From Octopus sinensis (taxonomy: Eukaryota), in the NCBI RefSeq assembly GCF_006345805.1, contig NC_042998.1, positions 33,356,001 through 33,420,000 on the forward strand: DNA of 64,000 nt, given 5' to 3'. Positions 37,529 through 51,300 of the stretch are shown here, piece after piece (positions within the stretch are counted from its first letter, which is position 1; every line of letters begins with the position of its first letter). The position numbers and the translations under genes were made by a program. A model generated the notes under the pieces. That model was not told the origin of the DNA and did no database searches. It saw only the letters and a list, made by a program, of their open reading frames with translations.

Positions 37529-37575
37529 AGACACCTGATGAAGGCTGGAGCGTATATCAGTCGAAACGTTGTGTT
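37529..37575 (+). ncRNA. Hammerhead motif, right arm of inverted pair
   Basis: GACAC CUGAUGA(37535-37541) A GGCUG..CAGUC GAAA(37563-37566) CGUU GUGUU; stems pair with one G-U. Confidence 0.75.
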
Positions 37576-37657
37576 AACAAACAAGATGAGGACAATTATC
37601 CGTCGAATGTAAATGATGTAAATAATGTACATAATTCCTCATCTCTTAAATATAGAA

Positions 37658-37722
<65 letters not shown>

Positions 37723-38944
37723 GTGACTGGAAGTGTTATCATGTACATTGTTTTGTCTTGGTATAAAAGATGGGCTCCAGCAAATATCCTGCTCAATACC
37801 ACAGATTTGCTTGTCAGTTGTTTGACCGTAACCAGTTGAGCATGTCCCTTAGTGGCTGACGATATGTGCATCTCTGATCACGAGTAGAAGTAGTGGGGGA
37901 GCATCATAGCCATGTGTTGAGAGGGATTCTTTGGGGTTTGAATGATTCACCTCTGGAACATGGGTGTTTCATTCAACATCCTTAAACAACCCTTAATCAG
38001 GGACCTTTTGAGTGGGATGGGTTACCCAACCAGAAGAAAATTCTAACTGGTCCCCACCCGCAAGGTCATGCGCTGTTTATCTTGTTATGAGATCACCATG
38101 TCGCGCACATATGGTTGTGATGCATGTGCCTGGTATACCTTTATCAGACGGGTAGTCATGATGGGTATATTGGGCTTCGTATATTTTACCCCAGTGTCAC
38201 TTTGATGGCATGAACTGCTCTCTCACTCAACAATAATAATAATAATAATAAGCAGTACCAGGCAGTGGCTCTCATGGCTTCTGATCTTAACTGATTGGAA
38301 GTGTTATCATGTACATTGTTTTGTCTTGGTATAAAAGATGGGCTACAGCAAATATTCTGCTCAATACCACAGATTTGCTTAACAGTTGTTTGACCTTAAC
38401 CAGTTGAGCATTTCCCTTAGTGGCTGACGATATGTGCATCTCTGATCACGAGCAGAAGTAGTGGGGGAGCATCATAGCCATGTGTTGAGAGGGATTCTTT
38501 GGGGTTTGAATAGTTCACCTCTGGAAACATGGGTGGTTCTTTCAACATCCTTAAACAATCCTTATTCAGGGACCTTTTGAGCGGGATGGGCTACTCAACC
38601 TGAAGAAAATTCTAACTGGGCCCCACCCGCAAGGTCATGTGCTGTTTATCTTGATATGAGATCACCATGTCGCGCACATATGGTTGTGATGCATGTGCCT
38701 GGTGTACTTTTATCAGACGGGTAGTCATGATGGGTATATTGGGCTTCGTATATTTTACCCCAGTGTCACTTTGATGGCATGAACTGCTCTCTCACTCAAT
38801 AATAATAATAATGATAATAATAATAATGATAATAATAATAATAATAATGATGATAATAATAATGATGATAATAATAATGATAATAATAATAATAATATTA
38901 ATAATAATAATGATGATAATAATAATGATGATAATAATAATAAT

Positions 38945-38992
<48 letters not shown>

Positions 38993-40260
38993 GATGCAGT
39001 TCCAGGCATTGACTCTCGTGGCTTCTGATCTTAACTGATTGGAAGTGTTATCATGCACATTGTTTTGTCTTGGTATAAAAGATGGGCTCCAGCAAATATC
39101 CTGCTCAATACCACAGATTTGCTTGTCAGTTGTTTGACCGTAACCAGTTGAGCATGTCCCTTAGTGGCTGACGATATGTGCATCTCTGATCACGAGTAGA
39201 AGTAGTGGGGGAGCATCATAGCCATGTGTTGAGAGGGATTCTTTGGGGTTTGAATGATTCACCTCTGGAAACATGGGTGTTTCATTCAACATCCTTAAAC
39301 AACCCTTAATCAGGGACCTTTTGAGTGGGATGGGTTACCCAACCAGAAGAAAATTCTAACTGGTCCCCACCCGCAAGGTCATGCGCTGTTTATCTTGTTA
39401 TGAGATCACCATGTCGCGCACATATGGTTGTGATGCATGTGCCTGGTATACCTTTATCAGACGGGTAGTCATGATGGGTATATTGGGCTTCGTATATTTT
39501 ACCCCAGTGTCACTTTGATGGCATGAACTGCTCTCTCACTCAACAATAATAATAATAATAATAAGCAGTACCAGGCAGTGGCTCTCATGGCTTCTGATCT
39601 TAACTGATTGGAAGTGTTATCATGTACATTGTTTTGTCTTGGTATAAAAGATGGGCTACAGCAAATATTCTGCTCAATACCACAGATTTGCTTAACAGTT
39701 GTTTGACCTTAACCAGTTGAGCATTTCCCTTAGTGGCTGACGATATGTGCATCTCTGATCACGAGTAGAAGTAGTGGGGGAGCATCATAGCCATGTGTTG
39801 AGAGGGATTCTTTGGGGTTTGAATAGTTCACCTCTGGAAACATGGGTGGTTCTTTCAACATCCTTAAACAATCCTTATTCAGGGACCTTTTGAGCGGGAC
39901 GGGCTACTCAACCTGAAGAAAATTCTAACTGGGCCCCACCCGCAAGGTCATGTGCTGTTTATCTTGATATGAGATCACCATGTCGCGCACATATGGTTGT
40001 GATGCATGTGCCTGGTGTACTTTTATCAGACGGGTAGTCATGATGGGTATATTGGGCTTCGTATATTTTACCCCAGTGTCACTTTGATGGCATGAACTGC
40101 TCTCTCACTCAATAATAATAATAATGATAATAATAATAATGATAATAATAATAATAATAATAATAATGATGATAATAATAATGATGATAATAATAATGAT
40201 AATAATAATAATAATATTAATAATAATAATGATGATAATAATAATGATGATAATAATAAT

Positions 40261-40305
<45 letters not shown>

Positions 40306-40590
40306 GATGCAGTTCCAGGCATTGACTCTCGTGGCTTCTGATCTTAACTGATTGGAAGTGTTATCATGCACATTGTTTTGTCTTGGTATAAAAGATGGGC
40401 TACATCAAATATTCTGTTCAATACCACAGATTTGCTTGTCAGTTGTTTGACCTTAACCAGTTGAGCATGTCCCTTAGTGGCTGACGATATGTGCATCTCT
40501 GATCACGAGTAGAAGTAGTGGGGGAGCATCATAGCCATGTGTTGATAGGGATTCTTTGGGGTTTGGATAATTAACCCCTGGAAACACTCA
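37723..40590. repeat. Tandem array of an approximately 520-bp interspersed repeat (family H) separated by (AAT)n
   Basis: About five units; dimeric higher-order period of about 1313 bp; dispersed fragments at 59975-60110 and 63850-64000. Confidence 0.9.
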
Positions 40591-40822
40591 CACACGCACA
40601 CACACAGGTATTAATAATAATAATAACATCGAAAAATACCATAGGAATGAGAACCCAGGTTCGAAAATTCCCCAAGACACCTAATGAAGGTGAAACGTTG
40701 TTAACAATAAACAAGATGAGGACAAATATAAATCAAATGTAAATAATATAAATAAACTTTATTAGGATAAATAAGGATAAATATAAATAAGGATAAATAA
40801 GGATAAATATAAAGGATAAATA

Positions 40823-41053
40823 AGGCGGCGAGCTGGCAGAAACGTTAGCACGCTGGGCGAAATGCATAGCCGTATTTCGTCTGTCGTTACGTTCTGGGTT
40901 CAAATTCCGCCGAGGTCGACTTTGCCTTTCATCCTTTCGGGGTTGATAAATTAAGTACCAGTTACGCACTGGGGTCGATGTAATCGACTTAATCCCTTTG
41001 TCTGTCCTTGTTTGTCCCCTCTGTGTTTAGCCCCTTGTGGGTAGTAAAGAAAT
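40823..41053 (+). mobile_element. SINE family B monomer
   Basis: Full head to GTAGTAAAGAAATA tail. Confidence 0.85.
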
Positions 41054-41452
41054 AAAAATATAAATAAACTTTCTTTAGACACCTACCACAAATACTAACA
41101 CCAAAAGTCAATTTCATCTAGAGCAGGGGCTCCTAACCGGTGGTTCTCGACCCTCTGGGAAGGGAGGGGTCGCGAAGCCTTGGCAAAATGAGATAATATT
41201 AATTTCAACTCATCAATAATATATTTTATGCTGATAGTAGGGGGTCGCGTGGGTTTCAAGCATTTGGGTAAGGGGTTGCTAGTGCAAAAACGTTGGGAAC
41301 GGTTGAACCAATTATTTTTTAACCAATGACCCCACCCCTATTCATTACTATTTTCTTCAGGTGAACCCTCATAGCCTATCGATATTTAAAAAAAATCGAT
41401 ACTTATAGATACGTGTTTCAAAATTCATTTACCTAAAACAAAAAAATAGAAA

Positions 41453-41830
41453 CTTGCGTGTGGTAAGGAGTTTATTTCGCAACCACATGGCTCCGGGCTC
41501 GATCGCACCTCAGGCAAGTGTCTTCTTCTATAGCTTTGGGCCGACCAAAGCCTTGTGACTGGATTTAGTAGATGGAAACTGAGAGAAGCCCGTCGCATAT
41601 GTGGTGTCGTGTGTGTGTGTGTGTGTGTGTGTGTGGTTTGTCCCCCACCATGGCTTGGCAACTGGTGCTGATTTGGTTTCGTCCCCGTAACTTAACGGTT
41701 CGGCAAAAAAACCGATGGAATAAATATCAGGCTTGAAAAAGTGCTTGAGTTGATTCATTCGACTAAAAGAATTCTTCAAGGCGCTGCTCCAGCATGGCCG
41801 CAATCAAATGACTGAAAGAAGTAAAAGCTA
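41453..41830 (+). mobile_element. SINE family A, diverged
   Basis: Recognisable head, body and tail. Confidence 0.7.
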
Positions 41831-41874
41831 AAAGATATGACAAAGCAAATTTAGCAGGAAAGTATATTTAAATT

Positions 41875-42424
41875 TTTTTCCCTACTCTATGCACAAGGCC
41901 CGAAATTTTGGGGAAGGTGGGGGGAAGTCGATTACATTGACCCCCAGTACGCAACTGGTACTTAATTTATCGACCCCGAGGAGATGAAAGGTAGAGTTGA
42001 CCTCGGAGAAATTTTGAACTCAGAACATAAAGACAGACGAAATACCATAGAGGGGACAAACAAGTACACACAAACGGATTAAGTCGATTACACCGACCTC
42101 AGTGCGTAACTGGTACTTATTTAATCGACCCCGAAAGGATGAAAGACAAAGTCGACCTCGGCGGAATTTGAACACAGAACGTAATGGCAGACGAAATACC
42201 TATTTCTTTATTACCCACAAGGGGCTAAACATAGAGGGGACAAACAAGGACAGACATAGGTATTAAGTCGATTACATCGATCCCAGTGCGTAACTGGTAC
42301 TTAATTTATCGACTCCGAAAGGATGAAAGGCAAAGTCGACCTCGGCGGAATTTGAACTCATAACGTAACGGCAACCGTTAAGCATTTCATCCAGCGCGCC
42401 AACGATTCTGCCAGCTCGCCGCCT
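41875..42424 (-). mobile_element. SINE family B multimer
   Basis: 3-4 units, junction at 42193-42206. Confidence 0.8.
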
Positions 42425-42944
42425 AAGAAAAGTATTGGGTTGGTGCATAATTATTGCGGCTTTTTTTTTTTTCAACAAATTTTATTCAACAAAAACAATA
42501 ACAATATTTAACAAAAACATCTTTAAATGATTATTCCGGAGCATATTCACCATCTACTTCAATTACTGCTTCCCATTTGCTTGGCATACGGTCAGACCGT
42601 GATTTAAAGATCTTTTTTGTTAAATATTATTATTATTATTATTATTATTATTGCTTTTGTTACCGCAATAATTATGCACCAACCAAATATATTAAACTGA
42701 AGATGAGACGTAGTGCACCGGATTCTATATATATTTCCATTAATTAGTTGCACGAGGTGGGAAGTTATTGGTTGAAATACATTGTGTAAATAATTCTTTG
42801 AATATATATATATCCTTCTATCGGAGCACGTAATATGGTTAGTTGGAGTGATACTTAATACAATTAGTTGAGTGACACTTTATTTTGATTGCATTAATTA
42901 AAGTCAGTGACGTACATACCGTACGATTATCTCTTTTAGTCTTT

Positions 42945-43357
42945 TATTCTTTTACTTGTTTCATTCATCCTGACTGCGACCATACTGGAGCACCGCCTTT
43001 AGTCGAACAAATTGACCCCAGAACTTATTCTTTGTAAGCCTAGTGCTTATTCTATTGGCTTCTTTTGCCGAACTGCTAAGTTACAGGGACGTAAACACAG
43101 ACACACAAACACACATACACAATATATATATATATATGTATGTATGTATGTATTTATGTATGTATGTATGTATGTATGTATGTATGTACGTACGACGGTC
43201 TTCTTTCAGTTTCCGTCAACCAAATCCACTGACAAGGCTTTGGTCGACCCGAGGCTATATTGTAGAAGACACTTTTCCAAGGTGTCACGCAGTGGGACTG
43301 ATCCCAGAACCTTGTGATTGGTAAGTAAGCTACACACCACATAGCCACTCCTGCGTC
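42945..43357 (-). mobile_element. SINE family A
   Basis: Colinear with 2797-3203. Confidence 0.8.
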
Positions 43358-43657
43358 TATTGTCCAACATCTTTTATGGGAGACATTTCAAAAACACTAG
43401 GAGGACATTTTTTTTTTTTTTTTTCAGAAATTAATGATTAGATCAGATTTAGAGTTTAGGTTGAGGTTCAATTAAATCGGTGCTTTTCAACCATATTTTG
43501 GCTTTGGAACCCTTTGATTCCTATTTCACACGAGTGGACCCCTATAGCCATTCGATGTTCAAAAAACCTTGTTGTTTTTATAATTAACATTATTAGGTAT
43601 TGTATTAAAAAATTGTCAACATATTCTTGTGCCTAGAGTAGAAGAGATTATTTTTAA

Positions 43658-45172
43658 AGGCGGCGAGCCGGCAGAAACGTTAGCACGCCAGACGTATTTC
43701 GGCCGTCTTTTCATTCTGAGTTCGAATTCCGTCGCGGTCGACTTTGCCTTTCATCCTTTCGGGGTTGATAAATTAAGTACCAGTTGCGTACTGGAGTAGC
43801 TCTAATCGACTGGCCCCTCCCCACAAATTTGGGTCTTGTGCTTATAGTAGAAAAGATTCTAAAGGCAGCGAGCTGGCAGAAACGTTAGCATGCCGGGGGA
43901 ATTCTTAGCGGTATTTCGTCTGCCGCTACGTTCTGAGTTCATATTCCGCCGAGGTCGACTTTGCCTTTCATCCTTTCGGGGTCGATAAATTAAGTACCAG
44001 TTACGCACTGGGGTCGATGTAACCGACTTAATCCCTTTGTCTGTCCTTGTTTGTCCTTTCTGTGTTTAGCCCTTTGTGGATAGTAAAGAAATAGATATTT
44101 CGTTTGTCTTTATATTCTGAGTTCAAATTCCGCCGAGGTCGACTTTGCCTTTCATCCTTTCGGGGCTGATAAATTAAGTACCAGTTGCGTACTGGGCTAG
44201 CTCTAATCGACTGGCCCCTCCCCTCAAATTTGAGTCTTGTGCCTATAGTAGAAATGATTTTGAAGACGGCGAGCTGGCAGAAACGTTAGCACGCCGGACG
44301 AAATGCTTAGCGGTATTTCGTCTGTCATTAATTTCTGAGTTCAAATTCCGCCGCGGTCGGCTTTGCCTTTCATCCTTTCGGGGTTGATAAATTAAGTACC
44401 AGTTGCGTACTGGGGTAGCTCTAATCGATAGGCTCCCTACCCATAATTTCGGGTCTTATGCCGAGAGTAGAAAAGAATATATTCTGTGTAGTGTAGAAAT
44501 ATAACCTGCTAATTGCAGATAAATTTTACCAACCAAACTTTATAAAGATCCCCAAGGCTAATATGGACCCCACATGAGAACCACTGAAATATATCAAGTT
44601 TTGCATTGTACGAAATGTGAATTTATCAAAATATTATGCAACGGGTAGAAAAATACCAAAGAACAAAATCTTTTCTGTACTGATGTTTTCTTGTATTCAG
44701 AAGGCAATGATTATATATGCTTTTCTAATCTAGGCACAAGGCCCGAAATTTTGGGGGATGGGACCAGTCGGTTAGATCGATCCCAGCACGCAACTGGTAC
44801 TTAATCTATCGACCCCCGAAATGATGAAAGGCAAAGTCGACCGCGGCGGAATTTGAATTCAGAACGTAAAGGCAGACGAAATACCTTATTTCTTTACTAC
44901 CCACAAGGGGCTAAACACAGAGGGGACAAACAACGACAGACAAACGGATTAAGTCGATTATATTGACCCCAGTGCGCAACTGGTACTTATTTAATCGACC
45001 CCGAAAGGATGAAAGGCAAAGTCGACCTCGGCGGAATTTGAACTCAAAACGTAACGGCAGACGAAATACCGCTAAGCATTTCGCCCGGCATGCTAAAGTT
45101 TCTGCCAGCTCACCGCCTTGTAAGAAACAAATATTCTTTTCTACTCTAGGCACAAGGCCCGAAATAGAAGCA
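43658..45172. mobile_element. Cluster of SINE family B units (+ at 43658-44478, - at 44722-45172)
   Basis: About six units, with variant junctions GAAATAGATATTTC and GAAATACCTTATTTC. Confidence 0.75.
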
Positions 45173-45174
45173 CT

Positions 45175-46440
45175 CTGGAACTTTTGGAGCCCTCACAGCC
45201 TTATTCGACCCTCACAATTTGGATTTATCTTTAACTCCAGCTGCTGTAGCCAACTCATCGAGTTTCTTGAGGACATCACCCGAGTTACTGATGGCAGCTC
45301 ATGGCTAGTTGTTATCTACTTTGACTTTGCTAAAGCCCTCAATTCTGTGCCACACAAACGACTCATGGCAAAACTCTCTGCAATGGGTGTGAAAGATGAT
45401 CTCTATAACTAGCTGAAGTCCTTCATTCTCGGTCGGAAAGAGGTAGCTACGGTTCTAGGACATCATTCTTCACCCTACGAGATGACGTCTAGTGTACCAC
45501 AAGGATCCGTTCTTGGACCCCTATTGTTTGTTGCATATATTAATGACATAGATGCCAACTTGAGGAATGTTACAGTGTTGAAATATGCACAAGACATCAA
45601 GCTGTATCTCGAATTAAAACGAACAGATCCTATGCGCTATAAATATTTTTCTGCAATTAGACCTGGACACAAATGGAGCAATGGATCTCTGACTGGCAGC
45701 TCTAACTGGCTGTGGACAAGTGCGACATCATGCATTTTGGAAAGAAAAACCCAGCCTTTACATGCTCCCTCGGCAACACCAATCTCAAGAAGTCTTCTAG
45801 TGAACTTGATCTGGGTATTATTGTAAACAGCGATCTGCGCTGGACAAACCACATCTCTAAGATTGTCAAGAAGGCTGAGGCTGTCCTAGCATCACTCAGT
45901 AAGACCTTTGTCAGCTGCTCTCTGGCTATCTGTTTAAAACTGTATATCACTATGGTACGTCCACACTTGGAATTTGCATCACCAATATGGAACCCTTATC
46001 TTGCTCAGCATATACATCTGGAAACTGTTCAGAAACGTGCAACAAAACGTATACCCGCCGTCAGGTATCTACTATACTCTGAACGTCTTGCTTCCCTGGG
46101 CATGGACACATTGAAGCTCAGACGTCTGGTAACTGACTTGGTTGACATCCACAAGATTACCACCATCTTTCCAGCAACTTTGGGCATCCTTTTGAATTCC
46201 ATATGTCAAACACTCGTGGACATGTTCAGAAAATCCAAAGACAACACAGCACCCATGACTTTCGGAACATTTTTATATGCTCAGATTTGTTGAAGCATGG
46301 AATAAACTGCTCGCATCAGTCGTTAGCTGTCGGGACACTACATCCTTCATAACTTCCATGCTTCTTGAAATCCGCGAACAATACACCTGATGGCCCTTTC
46401 TTTTTTTGTTGTAGTGCACGTGAGGGCTGTATACAACAAT
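45175..46440 (+). mobile_element. Degenerate CR1-clade LINE RT fragment
   Basis: SQFGF, IYFDFAKALNSVPHKRL, SSVPQGSVLGPLLFVAYINDI, MVRPHLEFASPIWNPY; stops and frameshifts. Confidence 0.88.
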
Positions 46441-46879
46441 TTCTTTCATATATCATGCATACATACATGTGTGTGTGCGTGCGTGTGTGCGCGTGCGTAT
46501 GTGCGTGTGTTCTCTTATGTTTTTAATTATTTGAAATCCTTCTCTGATGAAGGAGCTAGTTTCTAACGAAGACAGAAAGTTCCATCGTTGGAATGTCGAC
46601 AACAAAAACAAATTCACATTTTAAACTTGAGAATGACCTTGCATCCGCCCTCCCCCCCATTCCATCCACTTACAGACTACGTCTATAACGTGTGAATAGC
46701 TGGCTGGTTTCTTTTTCTGAAAATCTCATCTTATACAGATTCTCACTTCGGCATTTACTCACGAAACCAAGTGCACCATTTGTTATTGGTCTAAATGTGA
46801 ATTTATAATCAGGATACAGAAGCTGAAGATTCCCAAGCAGTTATCCGAAGTAATCCTCTTTCTTTATGATTTTCAAAAA

Positions 46880-48170
46880 GATATTCACGTCAGCAGGACA
46901 GCTGACCTCTCTAATAGTACATACTTTTCTTGTCCATCCCAAACAATAATATCCGGCCTGTTATGTTTACACTTAACGTATGTTTTGATGGGAACGTTTC
47001 ACCAATATTCTTCGTGTTGATGTTTGTGTATGCATTCACGTTCAGTGGGGAGGCCTCTCTATCTATCACAAGACAGTCTTTTCTTTTTAAAGCATTGTGT
47101 ATTATTTTAGCGACAACGCCGTGTCGCATAGGAAGGTAGTATCTTGGTGACATGTGTGATGCCTTCCACAGCTACGTGACAATCTACATTTTCCGTTGCA
47201 TCCTGAGGCCCCTAGGGGCCTTAATGTCAGTTTGTTTATTAGGTATTTTGTTGTAGGCGTGGCTTACAGGTGTGGGCGTGGCTGTGTGGTAAGATGCACG
47301 CTTACCAACCACATGGTTCTAGGTTCAGTTCCACTGCGTGGCACCTTGGGCAAGTGTCTTCTACTATAGCCTCGGGCCGATCAAAGTCTTGTGAGTGGAT
47401 TTGGTAGATGGAAACTGAAAGAAGCCCGTCGTATATGTGTACATATGCATATATATGTATGTGTGTTTGTATGTCTGTGTTTGTCCCCCTAACATGGCTT
47501 GACAACCAATGCTGGTGTGTTTACGTCCCTGTAACTTAGCAGTTTGGCAAAACAGATCCGATAGAATAAGTACTAGGCTTACAAAGTATAAGTCTTGGGG
47601 TCGATTTGCTCGACTAAAGTCGGTGCTCCAGCATGGCCACAGTCAAATGACTGAAAGAAGTAAAAGAGTAAAAGAGTAAAAGAATAATCTCTTGTCCTTG
47701 GATTGAAAATGTGTAGCCTTCGAAGAATGATAAGGTGTAAGTGTCACAAGTCCAAGAGAGGCTGCACTTTTTGTCTATATTACTGTCTCCTCTAAATATA
47801 CAGGAAACATACACATGCATAGATCTTGTATTTTTTCGTGTGTGTGTTATGCTGAGGTTTACTAATTCAGCTGTTCTGGGGTTGACTGAGAGATCGCGTG
47901 GGAGAGAGTGCTTTCGAGGAAGTCGTTGTGGCCACGTAGGATGTTGTTTATGTGTTAAGTTTATGTATTAAGGCTTATGTATTAAGTTTTGCATCTGTTG
48001 TTTAACAGATGTTCTCTGAGAGATTATGCGGCATTCAAAGGTTGTCTGCACTGGTCTAAAGCTTCCACCTCCTTCGTCTCTGTGGTAGAGCCTATCGATA
48101 TCACTGTTCCATCTTGAAGTCCCAGTTGATGTCGGGATTTTGAAGGGCTTTAATGTCTACAGACCAATCA
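46880..48170 (-). mobile_element. Second R4/Dong-like relic
   Basis: DSNIDKKCSLSW..FFEGYTFSIQGQEI and MSPRYYLPMRHGVVAKIIHNAL match the 61-kb copy. Confidence 0.7.
47272..47692 (+). mobile_element. SINE family A inserted in an R4-like LINE relic
   Basis: Colinear with the other copies. Confidence 0.8.
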
Positions 48171-48387
48171 AGTATCCTAAATATTCTTTTCTACTCTAGG
48201 CACAAGGCCCGAAATTTTGAGGAAGGGGGTCAGTCGATTAGATCGACCCCAGTACGCAACTGGTACTTAATTTATCAACCCTGAAAAGATGAAAGGCAAA
48301 GTCTACCTCGACGGAATTTGAACCCAGAACGTCTTTAAGACAAATAAAATACCACTAACGTTTCTGCCAGCTCGCCGCCCAAGTATC

Positions 48388-51300
48388 CGAAATTTTGGAA
48401 TTAGTACTGGCTCTGCAACGCATTGTGGGTTATTGTCTTGTTGCCGGAGAAAAGATCTGATGACCATATTTTCGTAGTGGGACAGTCTCTGATGTCTTGA
48501 AGAGTGGTGTCGAGAGCTTCGAGGGATCGCTTGTGGGCCATTGTGCATTCATCCCAAACTATCAGCTGGCAACTCCGGAGAAGCAAGCCCTTTCCAGACG
48601 TTTTGGTGATGTTACAGGAAGGCACTTCGGACCTTGCCAAATCAAATGTTAGCTTAAAGGTTGAATGCGCTGTCCTGCCATTGGGCAGTAAAGTTGCTGC
48701 AATGCCAGAGGAGACCACAGCTACGGCTACGTCTTTTCGGTGCCTTACTTTAGCAAGGAGAAGCTGAATAACCAACGTTTTTCCAGTCCCTCCAAGTGCA
48801 TAAAAAAAATGCCTCCTTTTCGTTTCTGCATGTGGTTGAAGATGGTACTGTAAACCCACTGTTGCTCAGGCAGAAGTTTGGGCTCATTTTGCTGGATGTA
48901 TTGATTAAGGGCTTCAGTGTCATAGGACGTTTCACGTATTAACTCTGTTGGTATTGAAGGCGTCCCTTGGCGCAATGGTTGCGGCAGCCCGTATGTAGGT
49001 AAGGTATTACCTCCCAGAGAAACAGTCTTGTTCTCTATGTCAAGTAAAGCACAGTTGTAAATTTAATCATTTTCAGCAGGAAAGCAGGTATGATGCAGTT
49101 GGGCCTGGTAATGGAAGTCTTCTGATAGGTCGTGTCTGTACTTTAACCACAATGAATCGGGATTGGGAAGTTGGCAAATGTGCAGGAGTACAGAAAACAG
49201 AGCTCTGAGACTTTTCGGTGACTGTGAAACAGCAGCCTCCGCAAGTGTAGCATCCCACTGCGCACCGTCTTCTAGCAGCCCACGTATTAATCAGGCCTCC
49301 CTGAATGTAGCACATGTATGGCCGATCACGGTCTTTAATTAGTCGAAGCAATTGGAGGTAGATGCATTCTTGTTGGCCCGGGTGAACCGTGTACACTCTA
49401 CCGAGGCAATTATCAAATTTAATCTCAGGGTGACCATCAACGGTTCTGCCTGACTTCCTTCGCTGCCACTTACACTTATTCCGTGTGTAGTATGATGGGA
49501 CTTGAGGATAAAGCAGATCTTGCGCAAACAGATTTACCTGGCAGAGTTCGAAGAAAGCCGTGAGTGTTGTATCTTTTTTTTCTTTTTCTTTTCTACTCTA
49601 GGCACAAGGCCCGAAATTTTTTGGAGGAGATCAGTCGATTAGATCGACCCCAGTACGCAACTGGTACTTAATTTATCGACCCCGAAGAGATGAAAGGTAA
49701 AGTCGACCTCGGCGGAATTTGAACTCAGAACGTAAAGACAGACGAAATACTGCTAAGCATTTCGCCCGGCGTGCTACCGTTTCTGCCAGCTCGCCTTTGG
49801 TTGCTTAATCAGTCAAGTAGCAGTGGAAGCGGTGAAGTACACACGCTGGCCGTTTTCAAGTGCACTGCAAGCTACTGGATTGGCGGATGCCTTTGTGTAG
49901 TGGAAACCCGAAAATGTGCCAAAGGGCTTCATTATTACTTATGTACCTGCTTACTTGGTATTGCGTTATTTCATCTCGGACTCCGTCAGGTTGCAGGCCG
50001 AACACAGCAGCATCAGCGCCTCTGTTGATGTACTTGCACACATATTTGATAGACTTTACAGAATTGCAGTGCTCGACATTTATGTGAGCATCGAATGCCT
50101 TCGACAGGATTGGGCAGTAAGGCACTCTCTATCTGTTGTCTACTTCATACGGAAAATCATGCGCACCTCCATCATTGCAAATCTTCTGCCCCTGGTCAGG
50201 TATATTATGTCCTGCCAGATAGGCCTAAGGCATTTTTCGACCGCTTCTTTTTATGCCAAGTCGATTTTCTTGGGTTTTTTTTATTACAAACGTCTTGAAT
50301 ACTATTGTTTCTCTCGATGTTGAATTCGAAACCTCGCTAGGAGGGGTCAGTTATTCTCATGCCCCCCCCCTTCTGAAGTAACTCCTTATATTTTTTAAGT
50401 TTTTTCTGATCAAATTTTAGTTCTTGGTTATTCCGGCTGTCGCAGCAAAATTTATTGTTTTTCTCTATTTCCAATTTCCATCTCTTTGGTTGGATCCATT
50501 TCTTTTAACTTTTTGTCTAGCTTGTTGCAGAATTGTGACAGTTCTTCCTCAGAAGAATCTATGTCTGAATAATTTATCATTTATCCCAAAAAAAGTATAA
50601 TACCCAACAAGAAAGCTTCCCAACTCAAGCAAGTAGTGGGGAGAACGTTAACAAATCCACCACAAGGCAGGAAACAAAGTTTCTTGTGCAACAAAAAGAG
50701 TTTAACAACAATAATTGTGTAATATATCTGAAATAACTTGAATCTTATCCTTTCAGACTGTAATAATAACGATATGTGTTTCTTTATTACCCACAGGGGG
50801 CTAAACATAGAAGGGACAATCAAGGACAGACAAATGGATTAAGTCGATTACATCGACCCCAGTGCGTAACTGGTACTTAATTTATCGACCCCGAAAGGAT
50901 GAAAAGCAAAGTCGACCTCGGCGGAATTTAAACTCAGAACGTAAAGACAGACGAAATACTGCTAAGCATTTCGCCCGGCGTGCTAACGTTTCTGCCAGCT
51001 CGCCTTTGGTTGCTTAATCAGTCAAGTAGCAGTGGAAGCGGTGAAGTACACACGCTGGCCGTTTCAAGGTGCACTGCAAGCTACTGGATTGGCGGATGCC
51101 TTTGCGTAGTGGAAACCCGAAAATGTGCCAAAGGGCTTCATTATTACTTATGTACCTGCTTACTTGGTATTGCGTTATTTCATCTCGGACTCCGTCAGGT
51201 TGCAGGCCGAACACAGCAGCATCAGCGCCTCTGTTGATGTACTTGCACACATATTTGATAGACTTTACAGAATTGCAGTGCTCGACATTTATGTGAGCAT

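Noticed and set aside
40675-40715. Hammerhead remnant in a family E copy
   Set aside because: Core is mutated (CUAAUGA) and stem II is deleted
46538-46595. CUGAUGA plus a GGAGC/GUUCC stem after the CR1 relic
   Set aside because: The GAAA core is absent; at best a dead hammerhead
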